NCBI GenBank assembly: GCA_001443385.1
Contig: LDXP01000008.1
Span: 1-49,178, forward strand
DNA length: 49,178 bases
Source: Candidatus Rokubacteria bacterium CSP1-6
GTDB taxonomy: Bacteria; Methylomirabilota; Methylomirabilia; Rokubacteriales; CSP1-6
Direction: 5' to 3'
Shown here: piece by piece, positions 38,738-48,217 of the stretch
Layout of the letters: the number at the start of each line of letters is the position of its first letter
How positions within the stretch are numbered: the first letter of the stretch is position 1
Notes under the pieces: model-generated
Database searches by the model: none
The model's input: the letters and a program-made list of their open reading frames with translations, nothing else
Told to the model about the DNA's origin: nothing
Translations under genes and position numbers: made by a program

Positions 38738-41128
38738 ATGAAGCGGTTTGGGTGGATGTGGGGTTTCCTCCTCGGTCTCGGCCTGGTGGGCGGGCTGGCC
38801 GCCCCCGGTTCCGGGGAGTCTCCGACCGGTGAATCGCTCGTCCAGCTTCGAGACATCAGCGTGGAGCCGCGCGACGCCGGGCTCGCGGTCCAGATCAAGA
38901 TGAGTGGACCCGCGGCGTACGAGACCGCTCTGATCGACAGGCCGACCCGCCTCGTGATCGACCTGGAGTCCACCGGCTACGGCTGGCGCAAGACCCCGCT
39001 GAACGTGGGGATGGACCCGCTCCGCACGATCCGGGGAAGCCAGCTCAAGAAGGGGGTCTCCCGCGTCGTTCTGGAGCTGAGCCGGAAGGTCGGCTACCGG
39101 ATCGACGAGGGGCCTGAAGGGCTCACCGTGATGCTGGAGCCCGCGTCCACCGCGGGGGCGCCGGCGCAGGCCGAGACCAAGCCCGCCGAAGTCGCCAGGG
39201 CCGAGGCGCCCAAGGCACCTGTGCCCTCGCCCGTCGCGAAAGCTGAAACGGCGAAGGCTGAGCCTCCGGTCGCGGAAGGTGCGAAAGAGAGCGAGCCGCC
39301 CAAGGCGGAGCTCGCCAAGCCCGCAGCCCCCGCGCCAAAGGCGAAGACGGCGCGCCCGCCCGTCGTGGCGATGGCTCCGCCCCCGCCGTCACCCGCCGCG
39401 GCCCCGGCCCCGATTCGCGTGGCTCAGGCGCCCCAGGCTCAGCCGCCCGCCTCTAACGGCCCGCGGCCGATCTCGCTCGACTTCAAGGACGCGGACATCG
39501 CCAATCTCCTCCGGATCCTCGCGGCAGAGAGCGGCCGCAACATCGTGGCGGGCGAGGACGTGAAGGGAAAGGTCTCCATCTCCCTACAGAACGTCTCGTG
39601 GGAGCTCGCCCTGGATACGATCCTGGAAGCCAGGGGGCTCCAGAAGACGGAAAAGGATGGCGTGATCCGGATCGTGTCCACCGAGCAGCTCATCAAGGAG
39701 CGGGAAGGCCTGGCCAAGGCCCAGGAGGCCAAGCGGAAGGGCGAGGCGGAGGCTCGCGCCAAGGAGGCCGAGGCCGAGCTGAAGGAGGTCAACGCGAAGC
39801 TGGCCAAGCAGGCGCAGGAGGCGGCCATCGCCGAAGCCCAGGCCCGCGGGCCGCTCCGGGAAGAGACGATCCGCCTGAAATACGCCGATCCGGAAGAGGT
39901 GGTCACCACCCTCGAGGGAATTCTGGGGCTCCCCAAGGGCGGAGCGGTGGCCGCGACCGGTACCGTGCTGAAGCAAACCGGAGTAACGCCAGCCATCGGC
40001 CTTGGCGGCCCGCCGCCCATCGCGGAGCCGCCGTTCCAGCAGCTCTACGGCGCCCAGCCGGGGGCGCCGCCGGCCGGCCCGGTCTCCGTCAGCGCCGAGG
40101 TCCTGGCCAAGGGGATCACCATCCGCGCCCACAAGCCGACCAACACGATCTTCATCCGCCATTATCAGGCCGACCTCGAGCGGATCAAGAAGCTCATCGC
40201 GGAGACGCTGGACGTCCCGGTCCCCCAGGTCAAGATCGAAGCCCGGATGGAGATCCTCGACCGGCCTGCCCTGCTTGACATCGGCATCCAGTGGGGGGGG
40301 GCGGGGACCAGAAGGGATGGTCAAAATATCCTCCTCGCACAGGGAGCTAACGCTCGTACCGCCGGCATTTTGCCGGGGCCGGCCCCCATCTTTGATCCGG
40401 CGTCGCCCATCAACCCCAACCTCCCGCTGACGAACTTCCTCCCTGTTAGCGGGACTACGGGCCTGCCCACCGGCGGGAACCTTGTGAACATTCCGTTCGC
40501 CTTCCCGGGGTCGCCGCTGTCGCCTGGAGGTCCCACCGGCTCGATCAATTTCGGGATCGTTGGGACGCGGTTTAACGTGAACCTGGCCCTCCAGGCGCTC
40601 GAGGTCCTGCAAAAGACCAAGACGCTGGCACGCCCGGAGATCGTCACGGTGGAAAACAAGGCGGCTCAGATGTCGATCGGTGAGGAAATTCCCTACTCGA
40701 CGGTCAGCTCGGCGGGAACCCAGGTCCAGTTCAAGGAGGCGGTGCTCAAGCTCGAGGTGACCCCCACCGTGATCCGTGAGCCAGATGGCAACAAAATCAA
40801 GATGAAGGTCATCGTCGAGAATAACTCCCGCGGCACGGTAACCGGCGGCATTCCGGCCATCGACAAGCGGAGGGCGGAGACGGAGGTCATCGTAAAGGAA
40901 GGCGAAACTCTCGTCATCGGCGGGGTGAAGCAGCGTCAGGCGCGGGAAGTCATCACGAAAGTTCCCCTGTTCGGGAATATCCCCCTTCTCGGCTGGCTCT
41001 TCAAGACCCGCTCAGAGGAAGTCAATCCGGATCGGGAGCTGGTCATCTTCATCACGCCGTCGGTCATCAAGGGCGGAGGCCCCGTTCAGACCACGAAGCC
41101 ACCCGCGGAAAAGCCCAAGGGGTCATGA
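38738..41128 (+). CDS. pilQ: type IV pilus secretin PilQ
   Basis: AMIN-like domain, Pro/Ala linker, ISLDFKDADI, PQVKIEAR, GEEIPY, VPLFGNIPLLGWLFK, ELVIFITP. Confidence 0.94.
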   Translation: MKRFGWMWGFLLGLGLVGGLAAPGSGESPTGESLVQLRDISVEPRDAGLAVQIKMSGPAAYETALIDRPTRLVIDLESTGYGWRKTPLNVGMDPLRTIRGSQLKKGVSRVVLELSRKVGYRIDEGPEGLTVMLEPASTAGAPAQAETKPAEVARAEAPKAPVPSPVAKAETAKAEPPVAEGAKESEPPKAELAKPAAPAPKAKTARPPVVAMAPPPPSPAAAPAPIRVAQAPQAQPPASNGPRPISLDFKDADIANLLRILAAESGRNIVAGEDVKGKVSISLQNVSWELALDTILEARGLQKTEKDGVIRIVSTEQLIKEREGLAKAQEAKRKGEAEARAKEAEAELKEVNAKLAKQAQEAAIAEAQARGPLREETIRLKYADPEEVVTTLEGILGLPKGGAVAATGTVLKQTGVTPAIGLGGPPPIAEPPFQQLYGAQPGAPPAGPVSVSAEVLAKGITIRAHKPTNTIFIRHYQADLERIKKLIAETLDVPVPQVKIEARMEILDRPALLDIGIQWGGAGTRRDGQNILLAQGANARTAGILPGPAPIFDPASPINPNLPLTNFLPVSGTTGLPTGGNLVNIPFAFPGSPLSPGGPTGSINFGIVGTRFNVNLALQALEVLQKTKTLARPEIVTVENKAAQMSIGEEIPYSTVSSAGTQVQFKEAVLKLEVTPTVIREPDGNKIKMKVIVENNSRGTVTGGIPAIDKRRAETEVIVKEGETLVIGGVKQRQAREVITKVPLFGNIPLLGWLFKTRSEEVNPDRELVIFITPSVIKGGGPVQTTKPPAEKPKGS

Positions 41129-41203
41129 GGTTCCCGGAGGGGGGCTACCGCCCCCCTTCCGGACCTCCCCCCCGGGCTGCGCCGGCAAAGCCGGCGCTCG
41201 AAC
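41127..41203. repeat. REP-like double hairpin
   Basis: CCGGAGGGGGGC-tacc-GCCCCCCTTCCGG stem, then GCGCCGGC-aaa-GCCGGCGC. Confidence 0.55.
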
Positions 41204-41233
41204 AGGAAATTTCAAGAAGCGAGAGGTAGTCCA

Positions 41234-42406
41234 GTGAGCCTTGCGTTCCGCTTCCTCACCGCGGGCGAATCCCACGGTGAGGCCTTGGTCGCCGTCATTG
41301 ACGGCGTCCCGGCCGGGCTCTCCCTGACGGAAGCGAACATCAACGAGGACCTGGCTCGCCGCCAAAAGGGCTACGGCCGCGGCGGCCGGATGAAGATCGA
41401 GCGGGACCGGGTCCACCTGACGTCGGGAGTCCGCTGGGGGCTCACGCTGGGCAGCCCCATCACGCTGACGATCCCCAACCTGGACTGGGAAAACTGGAAG
41501 GCGACCATGTCCGTCGGCCCCCCGGAGCCGGGCGCCGCCGCCAAGCAGATCACGCGCCCGCGGCCGGGACACGCCGACCTCGCCGGGGCGATGAAGTACG
41601 GGCACCGGGACATCCGGAACGTCCTGGAGCGCTCGAGCGCGCGCGAGACCACGGCGCGGGTCGCCGTGGCCGGGGTGGCGAAGAAGCTCCTGGGCGAGTT
41701 CGGCATCCAGATCCTGAGCCACGTCGTCGAGATCGGGGGGATCCGGGGGGGAGAGCTCGACCTGCCCTGGGCCGAAATCCAGCGCCGCGCGGAGGCCTCA
41801 GAGGTCCGCTGCGCCGATGGGGAGGCGGAGAGGCGGATCATCGAGGCCATCGACGACGCCAAGGCCAAGGGAGACACGCTGGGCGGGATCTTCGAGGTCG
41901 TCGCCCTCGGCTGCCCGGTCGGCCTGGGCTCCTACGTCCAGTGGGACCGGCGGCTGGACGGCCGCCTCGCCCAGGCGTTCTGCGCGATCCAGGCCATCAA
42001 GGGCGTCGAGGTCGGCCTGGGCTTCGAGACCGCGCGGCGCCCGGGCTCGCAGGTCCACGACGAAATCCTCTACGACGCCGACGCGGGGTTCAAGCGGACC
42101 ACCAACAACGCGGGAGGCCTCGAGGGAGGCGTCACGAACGGTCAGCCCGTCGTGGTCCGCGCCGCCATGAAGCCCTTGTCCACGCTCCGCACGCCACTCC
42201 GCTCCGTGGACGTGGCGACGAAAGAGGCCGTGGAGGCGGTGGTCGAGCGGAGCGACGTCTGCGCGGTCCCCGCCGCCGGCATCGTCGGTGAAGCCATGAT
42301 GGCGATCGTCCTTGCCCAGGCGTTCCTGGAAAAATTCGGCGGCGACAGCCTGGAGGAGATCCGCCGGAACTACGACGCGTATCAGGCATCTTTGAAGAAC
42401 TGGTAG
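41234..42406 (+). CDS. aroC: chorismate synthase
   Basis: [49 protein letters not shown]. Confidence 0.97.
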   Translation: MSLAFRFLTAGESHGEALVAVIDGVPAGLSLTEANINEDLARRQKGYGRGGRMKIERDRVHLTSGVRWGLTLGSPITLTIPNLDWENWKATMSVGPPEPGAAAKQITRPRPGHADLAGAMKYGHRDIRNVLERSSARETTARVAVAGVAKKLLGEFGIQILSHVVEIGGIRGGELDLPWAEIQRRAEASEVRCADGEAERRIIEAIDDAKAKGDTLGGIFEVVALGCPVGLGSYVQWDRRLDGRLAQAFCAIQAIKGVEVGLGFETARRPGSQVHDEILYDADAGFKRTTNNAGGLEGGVTNGQPVVVRAAMKPLSTLRTPLRSVDVATKEAVEAVVERSDVCAVPAAGIVGEAMMAIVLAQAFLEKFGGDSLEEIRRNYDAYQASLKNW

Positions 42407-42409
42407 CGC

Positions 42410-42487
42410 GACCACGCCGGCCTCCGGCCGGTCGTGGTGCCCGCAAAGGACTTGGCCTCCATCTACCCGCCGCGCCTCCGGCGCGGA
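42410..42487. repeat. hairpin module shared with the 16.5-kb element, plus a second CTCCG-loop hairpin
   Basis: 42410-42450 aligns without gaps to 16589-16629, with compensatory changes. Confidence 0.75.
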
Positions 42488-42508
42488 TCCACATGAGGAG
42501 GGCCCTTC

Positions 42509-43603
42509 ATCACCGAGATAACCGTGAATCTAGGGCCACGATCCTACCCGATCCTCGTCGGGACGGGAGCCCTCCGGTCGGTCGGAGAGCGGCTGGCCGC
42601 GCTCGGAGCAGGGCGGAGAACCGCGCTCGTCAGTGACCGGTCCGTCATGGCGCTCCACGGATCCGTCGTCATCGAGAGTCTCCGCGCTTCCGGGTTTTCC
42701 GTGGCCGAGATCCGCGTGCCGGAGGGGGAAACCGCCAAGACCCTGGCCGTGGCCGAGCGCTGCTGGGACGATTGCCTGGCGGCCGGCCTCGATCGCACCT
42801 CCACGCTCCTGGCGCTGGGGGGCGGGGCCGTGGGAGATCTGGCCGGGTTCGTCGCCGCCACGTACATGCGGGGAATCCCCTTCGTCCAGCTTCCCACCAC
42901 GCTCCTCGCCCAGGTGGACGCGTCCATCGGGGGAAAGGTCGCCATCGATCATCCGCGGGCCAAGAACCTCATCGGAGCCTTCCACCAGCCCCGGCTGGTG
43001 GTCGTGGACCCCTCGGTGCTGTCAACGCTGCCCGACGCCGAGTTCAGGTCGGGGCTGTCCGAAGTGGTCAAGCACGGGATCGTGCTGGACACCGCCTATT
43101 TCGCCGACATCGAGGCCCACGTGCGCGAGATTCTCGCCAAGGACCTCCCCACCTTGGAACGGGTCATCGCGGGGTCCTGCCGGCTGAAGGGCCGCGTCGT
43201 CGAGGCCGACGAGCGCGAAGGCGGGCCGCGGGCGGCGTTGAACTACGGTCACACCGTGGGGCATGCCCTGGAGGCGGCCACCTCCTTTTCCAAGTGGCTC
43301 CACGGCGAAGCGGTATCGCTCGGCATCGCCGCGGCCGCACTGATCGCCCAGCGCCTCGGTATGGCCGACGCCGAGACCGTGACCCGTCAGGTCGGCCTGC
43401 TCAAAGCCCTCGGGCTGCCGGTCACGTTCTCGGGTCCGGCGCCCGACGCGGTCGTCCAGGCGATCGCTCGAGACAAGAAGGCGCGCGACGGCAAGGTTCC
43501 TTTCGTGCTGGCCCCGCGGATCGGCGAGTTCCGGCTCGTCTTCGACATCCCTCCCGACGCCGTCTTGAGCGTGCTGGGGAAAATGCAGGAAGCCGCCGGT
43601 TGA
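42509..43603 (+). CDS. aroB: 3-dehydroquinate synthase (start ATC 42509 or GTG 42524)
   Basis: GETAKT, LDR, GGGAVGDLAGF, PTTLLAQVDASIGGK, LNYGHTVGHA, HGEAV, DKK. Confidence 0.95.
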   Translation: MTEITVNLGPRSYPILVGTGALRSVGERLAALGAGRRTALVSDRSVMALHGSVVIESLRASGFSVAEIRVPEGETAKTLAVAERCWDDCLAAGLDRTSTLLALGGGAVGDLAGFVAATYMRGIPFVQLPTTLLAQVDASIGGKVAIDHPRAKNLIGAFHQPRLVVVDPSVLSTLPDAEFRSGLSEVVKHGIVLDTAYFADIEAHVREILAKDLPTLERVIAGSCRLKGRVVEADEREGGPRAALNYGHTVGHALEAATSFSKWLHGEAVSLGIAAAALIAQRLGMADAETVTRQVGLLKALGLPVTFSGPAPDAVVQAIARDKKARDGKVPFVLAPRIGEFRLVFDIPPDAVLSVLGKMQEAAG

Positions 43604-43629
43604 CAACCACCACGCCCGACACTTATAAA
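43600..43629 (+). promoter_or_regulatory. sigma70 promoter
   Basis: TTGACA-N18-TATAAA at the aroB stop codon. Confidence 0.5.
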
Positions 43630-43638
43630 AGAGAGGCC

Positions 43639-44313
43639 ATGGCCGACAACGCCCCTCGGCCCGGCGGGGGAGGCATGGCGGAGGACACCGTGGCGGCCAG
43701 CGCCATCCGCCGCTACGCAGAGCGCCTGGCCAAAGACCCGACCTCGCTGGCGTTCGCTCCGCTGGCCGATCTCTACCGCAAGGCCGGGCGGAACGGGGAC
43801 GCGATCGCCCTCTGCCGCGACGGGCTCCGGCGCTATCCGACCTACGCGACGGCCCGGCTGATCCTCGCCAAGGCGTATCTGTCCGAGGGCAATCAGGAGG
43901 GCGCCCTGGCCGAGCTGAACCAGGTGGTCGCCCAGAGCCCGAACGACCTCCAGGCCCACCGGATGCTGGCGGATATCTATCGCCGCCGGGGTGACCTGGA
44001 CCGTGCCGCGCGCCACCTGGAACGGGTGGTGGCCCTGGATCCGGCGGATCGCGAGGCGGCGCGGCTCCGCGATCTGCTGAAGAGCGGCGGCGCGCCGGGA
44101 GAAGGATCGGGGCTCAGGAAAATTCTCGAGGATGACACCTTCGCCACCGTCAGCTTCGGAATCATCTGCCTCGAGCAGGGACTCCTGGACGAGGCGGCGG
44201 CGATCTTCTTGCGCGTCCTCAAGCGGGATCCCGGGAACCGCGGGGCGCGCGACGGGCTGGAAGAAGCGCTGGGTGGCAGGGGCCGGAAGCGCGCCGCGGC
44301 CGTGAAAGAATAG
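43639..44313 (+). CDS. tetratricopeptide repeat protein
   Basis: DPTSLAFAPLADLYRKAG and TPR-like repeats; ATG 43639 or 43675. Confidence 0.8.
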   Translation: MADNAPRPGGGGMAEDTVAASAIRRYAERLAKDPTSLAFAPLADLYRKAGRNGDAIALCRDGLRRYPTYATARLILAKAYLSEGNQEGALAELNQVVAQSPNDLQAHRMLADIYRRRGDLDRAARHLERVVALDPADREAARLRDLLKSGGAPGEGSGLRKILEDDTFATVSFGIICLEQGLLDEAAAIFLRVLKRDPGNRGARDGLEEALGGRGRKRAAAVKE

Positions 44314-44337
44314 CCCCCCTCACCCCAGGGGAGACCG

Positions 44338-44916
44338 ATGCAGGTATCGACCAACGATTTCAGAAAGGGCATGAAGATCGAGGTGGACGGGGCCCCCTAC
44401 GCCATCGTGGACTTCCAGCACGTGAAGCCCGGCAAGGGCGGGGCGTTCGTCCGCACGAAGCTCAAGCACCTGAGGCTCGGGACGGTGATCGACAGGACCT
44501 TCCGGGCGGAAGAGAAGGTCCCGCTCGTCAACTTCGAGGAGAAGCGGATGCAGTTCCTGTACCGGGACGACCGCTTCCACTTCATGGACCTCGAAACCTA
44601 CGATCAGATCGCCCTCAGCGAGGACGAGGTGGGGGACGCGCGGCAGTTCCTCCAGGAGAACACGGAGGTGGAGGTGCTCTACGTGGACGGCGCTCCCATC
44701 GGGATCGAGCTGCCGAATTTCGTGGATCTCGTGGTGGTGAAGACCGAGCCGGGAGTCCGCGGCGATACGGCCTCGGGCGGCTCCAAGCCCGCCACGCTTG
44801 AAACGGGCGCCGTGGTGTCCGTCCCCCTCTTCATCAACGAGGGGGATGTCTTGAGGGTGGACACCCGCACCGGCGCCTACATCTCTCGGACGGCCGCTGC
44901 GGCCGGAGCGGGGTAG
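44338..44916 (+). CDS. efp: elongation factor P
   Basis: [32 protein letters not shown]. Confidence 0.97.
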   Translation: MQVSTNDFRKGMKIEVDGAPYAIVDFQHVKPGKGGAFVRTKLKHLRLGTVIDRTFRAEEKVPLVNFEEKRMQFLYRDDRFHFMDLETYDQIALSEDEVGDARQFLQENTEVEVLYVDGAPIGIELPNFVDLVVVKTEPGVRGDTASGGSKPATLETGAVVSVPLFINEGDVLRVDTRTGAYISRTAAAAGAG

Positions 44917-44920
44917 GAGC

Positions 44921-45361
44921 GTGGCGAAGCGCAAAGAGGACTCGGGCCTTCCCCTCAACGAGGTGCGCCAGCTCATCGATCTCGCGCAGGCGCGCGGCCT
45001 GTCGGAACTGGAGGTGAGCCGGGGGGAAACCCGCATCCGTATCCGGCGGGAGGTGGCTCACGCCGCGGCGCCCGTCGCGCCGACCCCGCCGGAGCAGGCC
45101 GAGAGAGCCGGGGCCCCCCTCGTCACCGTCGAGGCACCCATGGTAGGCACCTTCTACCGGGCGCCTTCCCCGACCACCGACCCGTACGTGAGGGAGGGGG
45201 ACGTCATCAAGGAAGGGCAGGTGCTCTGCATCATCGAAGCCATGAAGCTCATGAACGAGATCGAATCGAAGGTGGCCGGCCGGATCTCCAAGATCCTGGT
45301 CGAGAACGGTCAACCGGTCGAGTACGGCCAACCCCTCTTCCTCATCGAACCCCGGGCCTGA
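44921..45361 (+). CDS. accB: biotin carboxyl carrier protein
   Basis: APMVGTFYRAPSP, EAMKLMNEIE, VEYGQPLF. Confidence 0.96.
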   Translation: MAKRKEDSGLPLNEVRQLIDLAQARGLSELEVSRGETRIRIRREVAHAAAPVAPTPPEQAERAGAPLVTVEAPMVGTFYRAPSPTTDPYVREGDVIKEGQVLCIIEAMKLMNEIESKVAGRISKILVENGQPVEYGQPLFLIEPRA

Positions 45362-45377
45362 CCCGAAGGAAATCCCA

Positions 45378-46772
45378 GTGGCGACCTGCCCCAACTGCGG
45401 GTCAACTCTCCTCAGCGCCGGCTCCCGGTGCGCGACGTGCCGGCCCCCGGCGCTGCGGCCGGCGTCAGGCGCCTTCAGGGGCGCCGCAGGGGTACTCAGC
45501 GCCGTCGCTCTCGCGCTGCTCGCCCTTTCCATCGCCGGTCCCGCGTTCCTCTGGAAGCCTCCCGCGCCGGCCGACCAGCCGGGCAATCCCGGAACCCGGC
45601 TCGTCGGGCTGCCGCCCTCGCGGGCCGAACTCCCCGAGGTCTCCCTCCTCACGGAAGAGGGAATCCGGTTCTACAGCGCCGGCCAGTATCCCGACGCCTG
45701 CCAGCGCTTCGCCGACGCCATGGAGCGGGAGCGAGAGAACTCGATCCTCCGCCAGAACGTGGCGCGCTGCTTCGAGGGCTGGGGCTGGCAGAGCCTCCGC
45801 GCCGGCAAGGCCGAGGAGGCCCGCCTTCTCTTTGGCCAGGGGCTCCAGCAGGAGCCCGAATCCTCGCCCCTCCTGACGGGATTCGCCCTGGCCGCCATCC
45901 ACGCGGGCCGGCCCAACGAGGCGCTGGAGCCGCTGGAGCGGGCGGTCAACGCCTCCCCGGATCCCGAAGCGACGCTGCTGCTGGCCCGGCTCTATGACCA
46001 GCGAGACCGGAGCGACCGCGCGATCGCGCACCTCCACCGACTGCTGGAGCGCGACCCTTCCCACCCCGAGGCCACCCGGCTCCTGGACAAGCTCGAGCGG
46101 GAGCGCCGGGCGGAGGCGGGGTACCGGAAGGACGAGACCGCGCACTTCGTGGTGAAGGACCGCGAGCCCGGGGAGCCCGAGATCCGCCGGGTGGTGCTCG
46201 GGATCCTCGAGGAGATCCGCGCCGCCGTCGGGCGCGAGTTCAACTTCCTTCCCTCGGAGAAGATCACCGTCATCCTCTATCCCGACGAGCGCTTCCAGGA
46301 GGTCACCGGCACCCACCACTGGGTGAGCGGGATCTTCGATGGGAAGATCCGGCTCCCTGTGGGAGCCCTCCGGGGGCGCACGCGAGCGCTGGAGCGCCTG
46401 CTGACCCACGAGTACACCCACGCGGTCGTCCACGTCCTCTCGAGGGGCCGGGCTCCCCGCTGGCTCCAGGAGGGGCTGGCCCAGCACGCGGAGCGGATTC
46501 CCGACGATCCCGATCTGCACCTCTCCGGAGGGATGACCCTGGCCGGCCTGGAAGCGCTGCTGCGGGATGGGGACCTGGCCAAGGCCCGGATGGGCTACCA
46601 GGTCTCGCTCTGGGTCGTCCGCGACCTGCTCCAGCGCGGCGGCATGGAGCGCATGCGTGAGCTGCTGGCGCGTCTCGGCAAGGGCGAGTCGGCGGCGGCC
46701 GCGGTCCCGCGCGTGTACGGGCTGCCGCTGGCCGAGCTCGAGGCCCAGTGGCACCGCATCCTTGGAGGGTAA
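45378..46772 (+). CDS. zinc-ribbon + TM + TPR + peptidase MA-like (HExxH) protein
   Basis: CPNC..CATC, TM segment, TPR-like repeats, GIFDGKIR, HEYTH, PRWLQEGLA. Confidence 0.8.
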   Translation: MATCPNCGSTLLSAGSRCATCRPPALRPASGAFRGAAGVLSAVALALLALSIAGPAFLWKPPAPADQPGNPGTRLVGLPPSRAELPEVSLLTEEGIRFYSAGQYPDACQRFADAMERERENSILRQNVARCFEGWGWQSLRAGKAEEARLLFGQGLQQEPESSPLLTGFALAAIHAGRPNEALEPLERAVNASPDPEATLLLARLYDQRDRSDRAIAHLHRLLERDPSHPEATRLLDKLERERRAEAGYRKDETAHFVVKDREPGEPEIRRVVLGILEEIRAAVGREFNFLPSEKITVILYPDERFQEVTGTHHWVSGIFDGKIRLPVGALRGRTRALERLLTHEYTHAVVHVLSRGRAPRWLQEGLAQHAERIPDDPDLHLSGGMTLAGLEALLRDGDLAKARMGYQVSLWVVRDLLQRGGMERMRELLARLGKGESAAAAVPRVYGLPLAELEAQWHRILGG

Positions 46773-46781
46773 AGTTGGGTC

Positions 46782-48116
46782 GTGTTTAACAAGATACTGA
46801 TCGCAAACCGCGGCGAGATCGCCCTCCGGATCCTGCGGGCCTGCCGCGAGATGGGGATCCGGGCCGTCGTCGCCCATTCCAAGGTGGACGCCAATTCCCT
46901 CCCCGTTCGCCTCGCCGACGAGTCCATCTGCGTCGGGCCCGACGATGCCCGGTCGAGCTACCTGAACATCCCGAGCATCATCTCGGCGGCGGCCGTGACC
47001 GACAGCGAAGCGATCCACCCCGGCTACGGGTTCCTTTCCGAGAACGCCGCGTTCGCGGATATCTGCCGGGCTTGCGGGATCACGTTCATCGGCCCGTCCC
47101 CGGAAGCCATCCGCCTCATGGGCGACAAAGCCCAGGCGCGGGAGCTCGCCCGTCAGGCCGGCGCGCCCATCATTCCGGGCAGCGAAGGCCCCCTCAAGGA
47201 CGAGGACCAGGCCCACAGCGCGGCCGAGGCCGTCGGGTTTCCCCTGATCCTCAAAGCGGCCGCCGGCGGGGGCGGGCGCGGGATGCGCATTGTCCGCGAG
47301 CGCGAGGCCCTGGCGCAGGCCTTTCACACGTGTCAGGCGGAGGCGGCCGCCGCCTTCGGCTCCTCCGAGGTCTATCTGGAAAAATTCGTGGAGGAGGCCC
47401 GCCACGTGGAGGTTCAGGTCCTGGGAGACCGGGCCGGCACGCGCATCCATCTGGGCGAGCGCGACTGCTCCGTCCAGCGCCGGTACCAGAAGCTCCTCGA
47501 GGAGTCCCCCGCGCCGGCCATCCCGCCCGCGACCCGGGCGGGCCTCCACAAGGCCGCGCTGGCCGTGGCGCAGGCCGTGAATTACACCAGCGCCGGCACC
47601 GTGGAGTTTCTCGTGGACCGGGAGGGAAACTTCTACTTCATCGAGATGAACACCCGCATCCAGGTCGAGCATCCAGTCACGGAGATGCTGACGGGGATCG
47701 ATCTCGTCCGCGAGCAGATCCTGATCGCCGGGGGAGAACCTCTCCGCTGGAGGCAGAGCGATATCCGCCCCGTCGGGCACGCCATCGAGTGCCGGATCAA
47801 CGCCGAAGATCCCGACACCTTCACCCCGAATCCGGGACGGGTCACCGCGTGGGTTCCCCCCGGAGGCCCGGGGGTCCGGGTGGACAGCCACCTCATGCCC
47901 GGCTACACGGTCCCGTCCGTCTACGACTCCCTCATCGCCAAGATCATCGTCCAGGGCGCCGACCGCCCGGAGGCGATCAACCGCATGCGGCGCGCGCTCT
48001 CCGAGACCATCGTCGAGGGGGTCAAGACCACGATCCCGTTCCACCTGCGCCTGCTCGAAGACCCCGTGTTCCGCGCCGGCAGTTTCCCCATTCCGAAGCT
48101 CGAGGTCGCGCTGTGA
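46782..48116 (+). CDS. accC: biotin carboxylase
   Basis: KILIANRGEIA, HPGYGFLSEN, GGGGRGMR, EMNTRIQVEHPVTE, YDSLIAK. Confidence 0.97.
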   Translation: MFNKILIANRGEIALRILRACREMGIRAVVAHSKVDANSLPVRLADESICVGPDDARSSYLNIPSIISAAAVTDSEAIHPGYGFLSENAAFADICRACGITFIGPSPEAIRLMGDKAQARELARQAGAPIIPGSEGPLKDEDQAHSAAEAVGFPLILKAAAGGGGRGMRIVREREALAQAFHTCQAEAAAAFGSSEVYLEKFVEEARHVEVQVLGDRAGTRIHLGERDCSVQRRYQKLLEESPAPAIPPATRAGLHKAALAVAQAVNYTSAGTVEFLVDREGNFYFIEMNTRIQVEHPVTEMLTGIDLVREQILIAGGEPLRWRQSDIRPVGHAIECRINAEDPDTFTPNPGRVTAWVPPGGPGVRVDSHLMPGYTVPSVYDSLIAKIIVQGADRPEAINRMRRALSETIVEGVKTTIPFHLRLLEDPVFRAGSFPIPKLEVAL

Positions 48117-48120
48117 ACTG

Positions 48121-48217
48121 CCCCTCACCTTCATCCTCTCCCCCCCCCTCACCCTACCTCTCCCCGCTGGGGAGAGGAGAAAAGGTGAGGGGCATCTGAG
48201 TTGGGCAGGGTGAGGGG
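48121..48217. repeat. compound REP-like palindrome (same family as 9371-9422)
   Basis: CCCCTCACC twice, CCTCTCCCC-gct-GGGGAGAGG, GGTGAGGGG twice. Confidence 0.78.

Noticed and set aside
40293-40301. G9 tract in pilQ as a phase-variation switch
   Set aside because: In frame, encodes the ordinary W-G-G-A segment, and such runs are expected at this GC content
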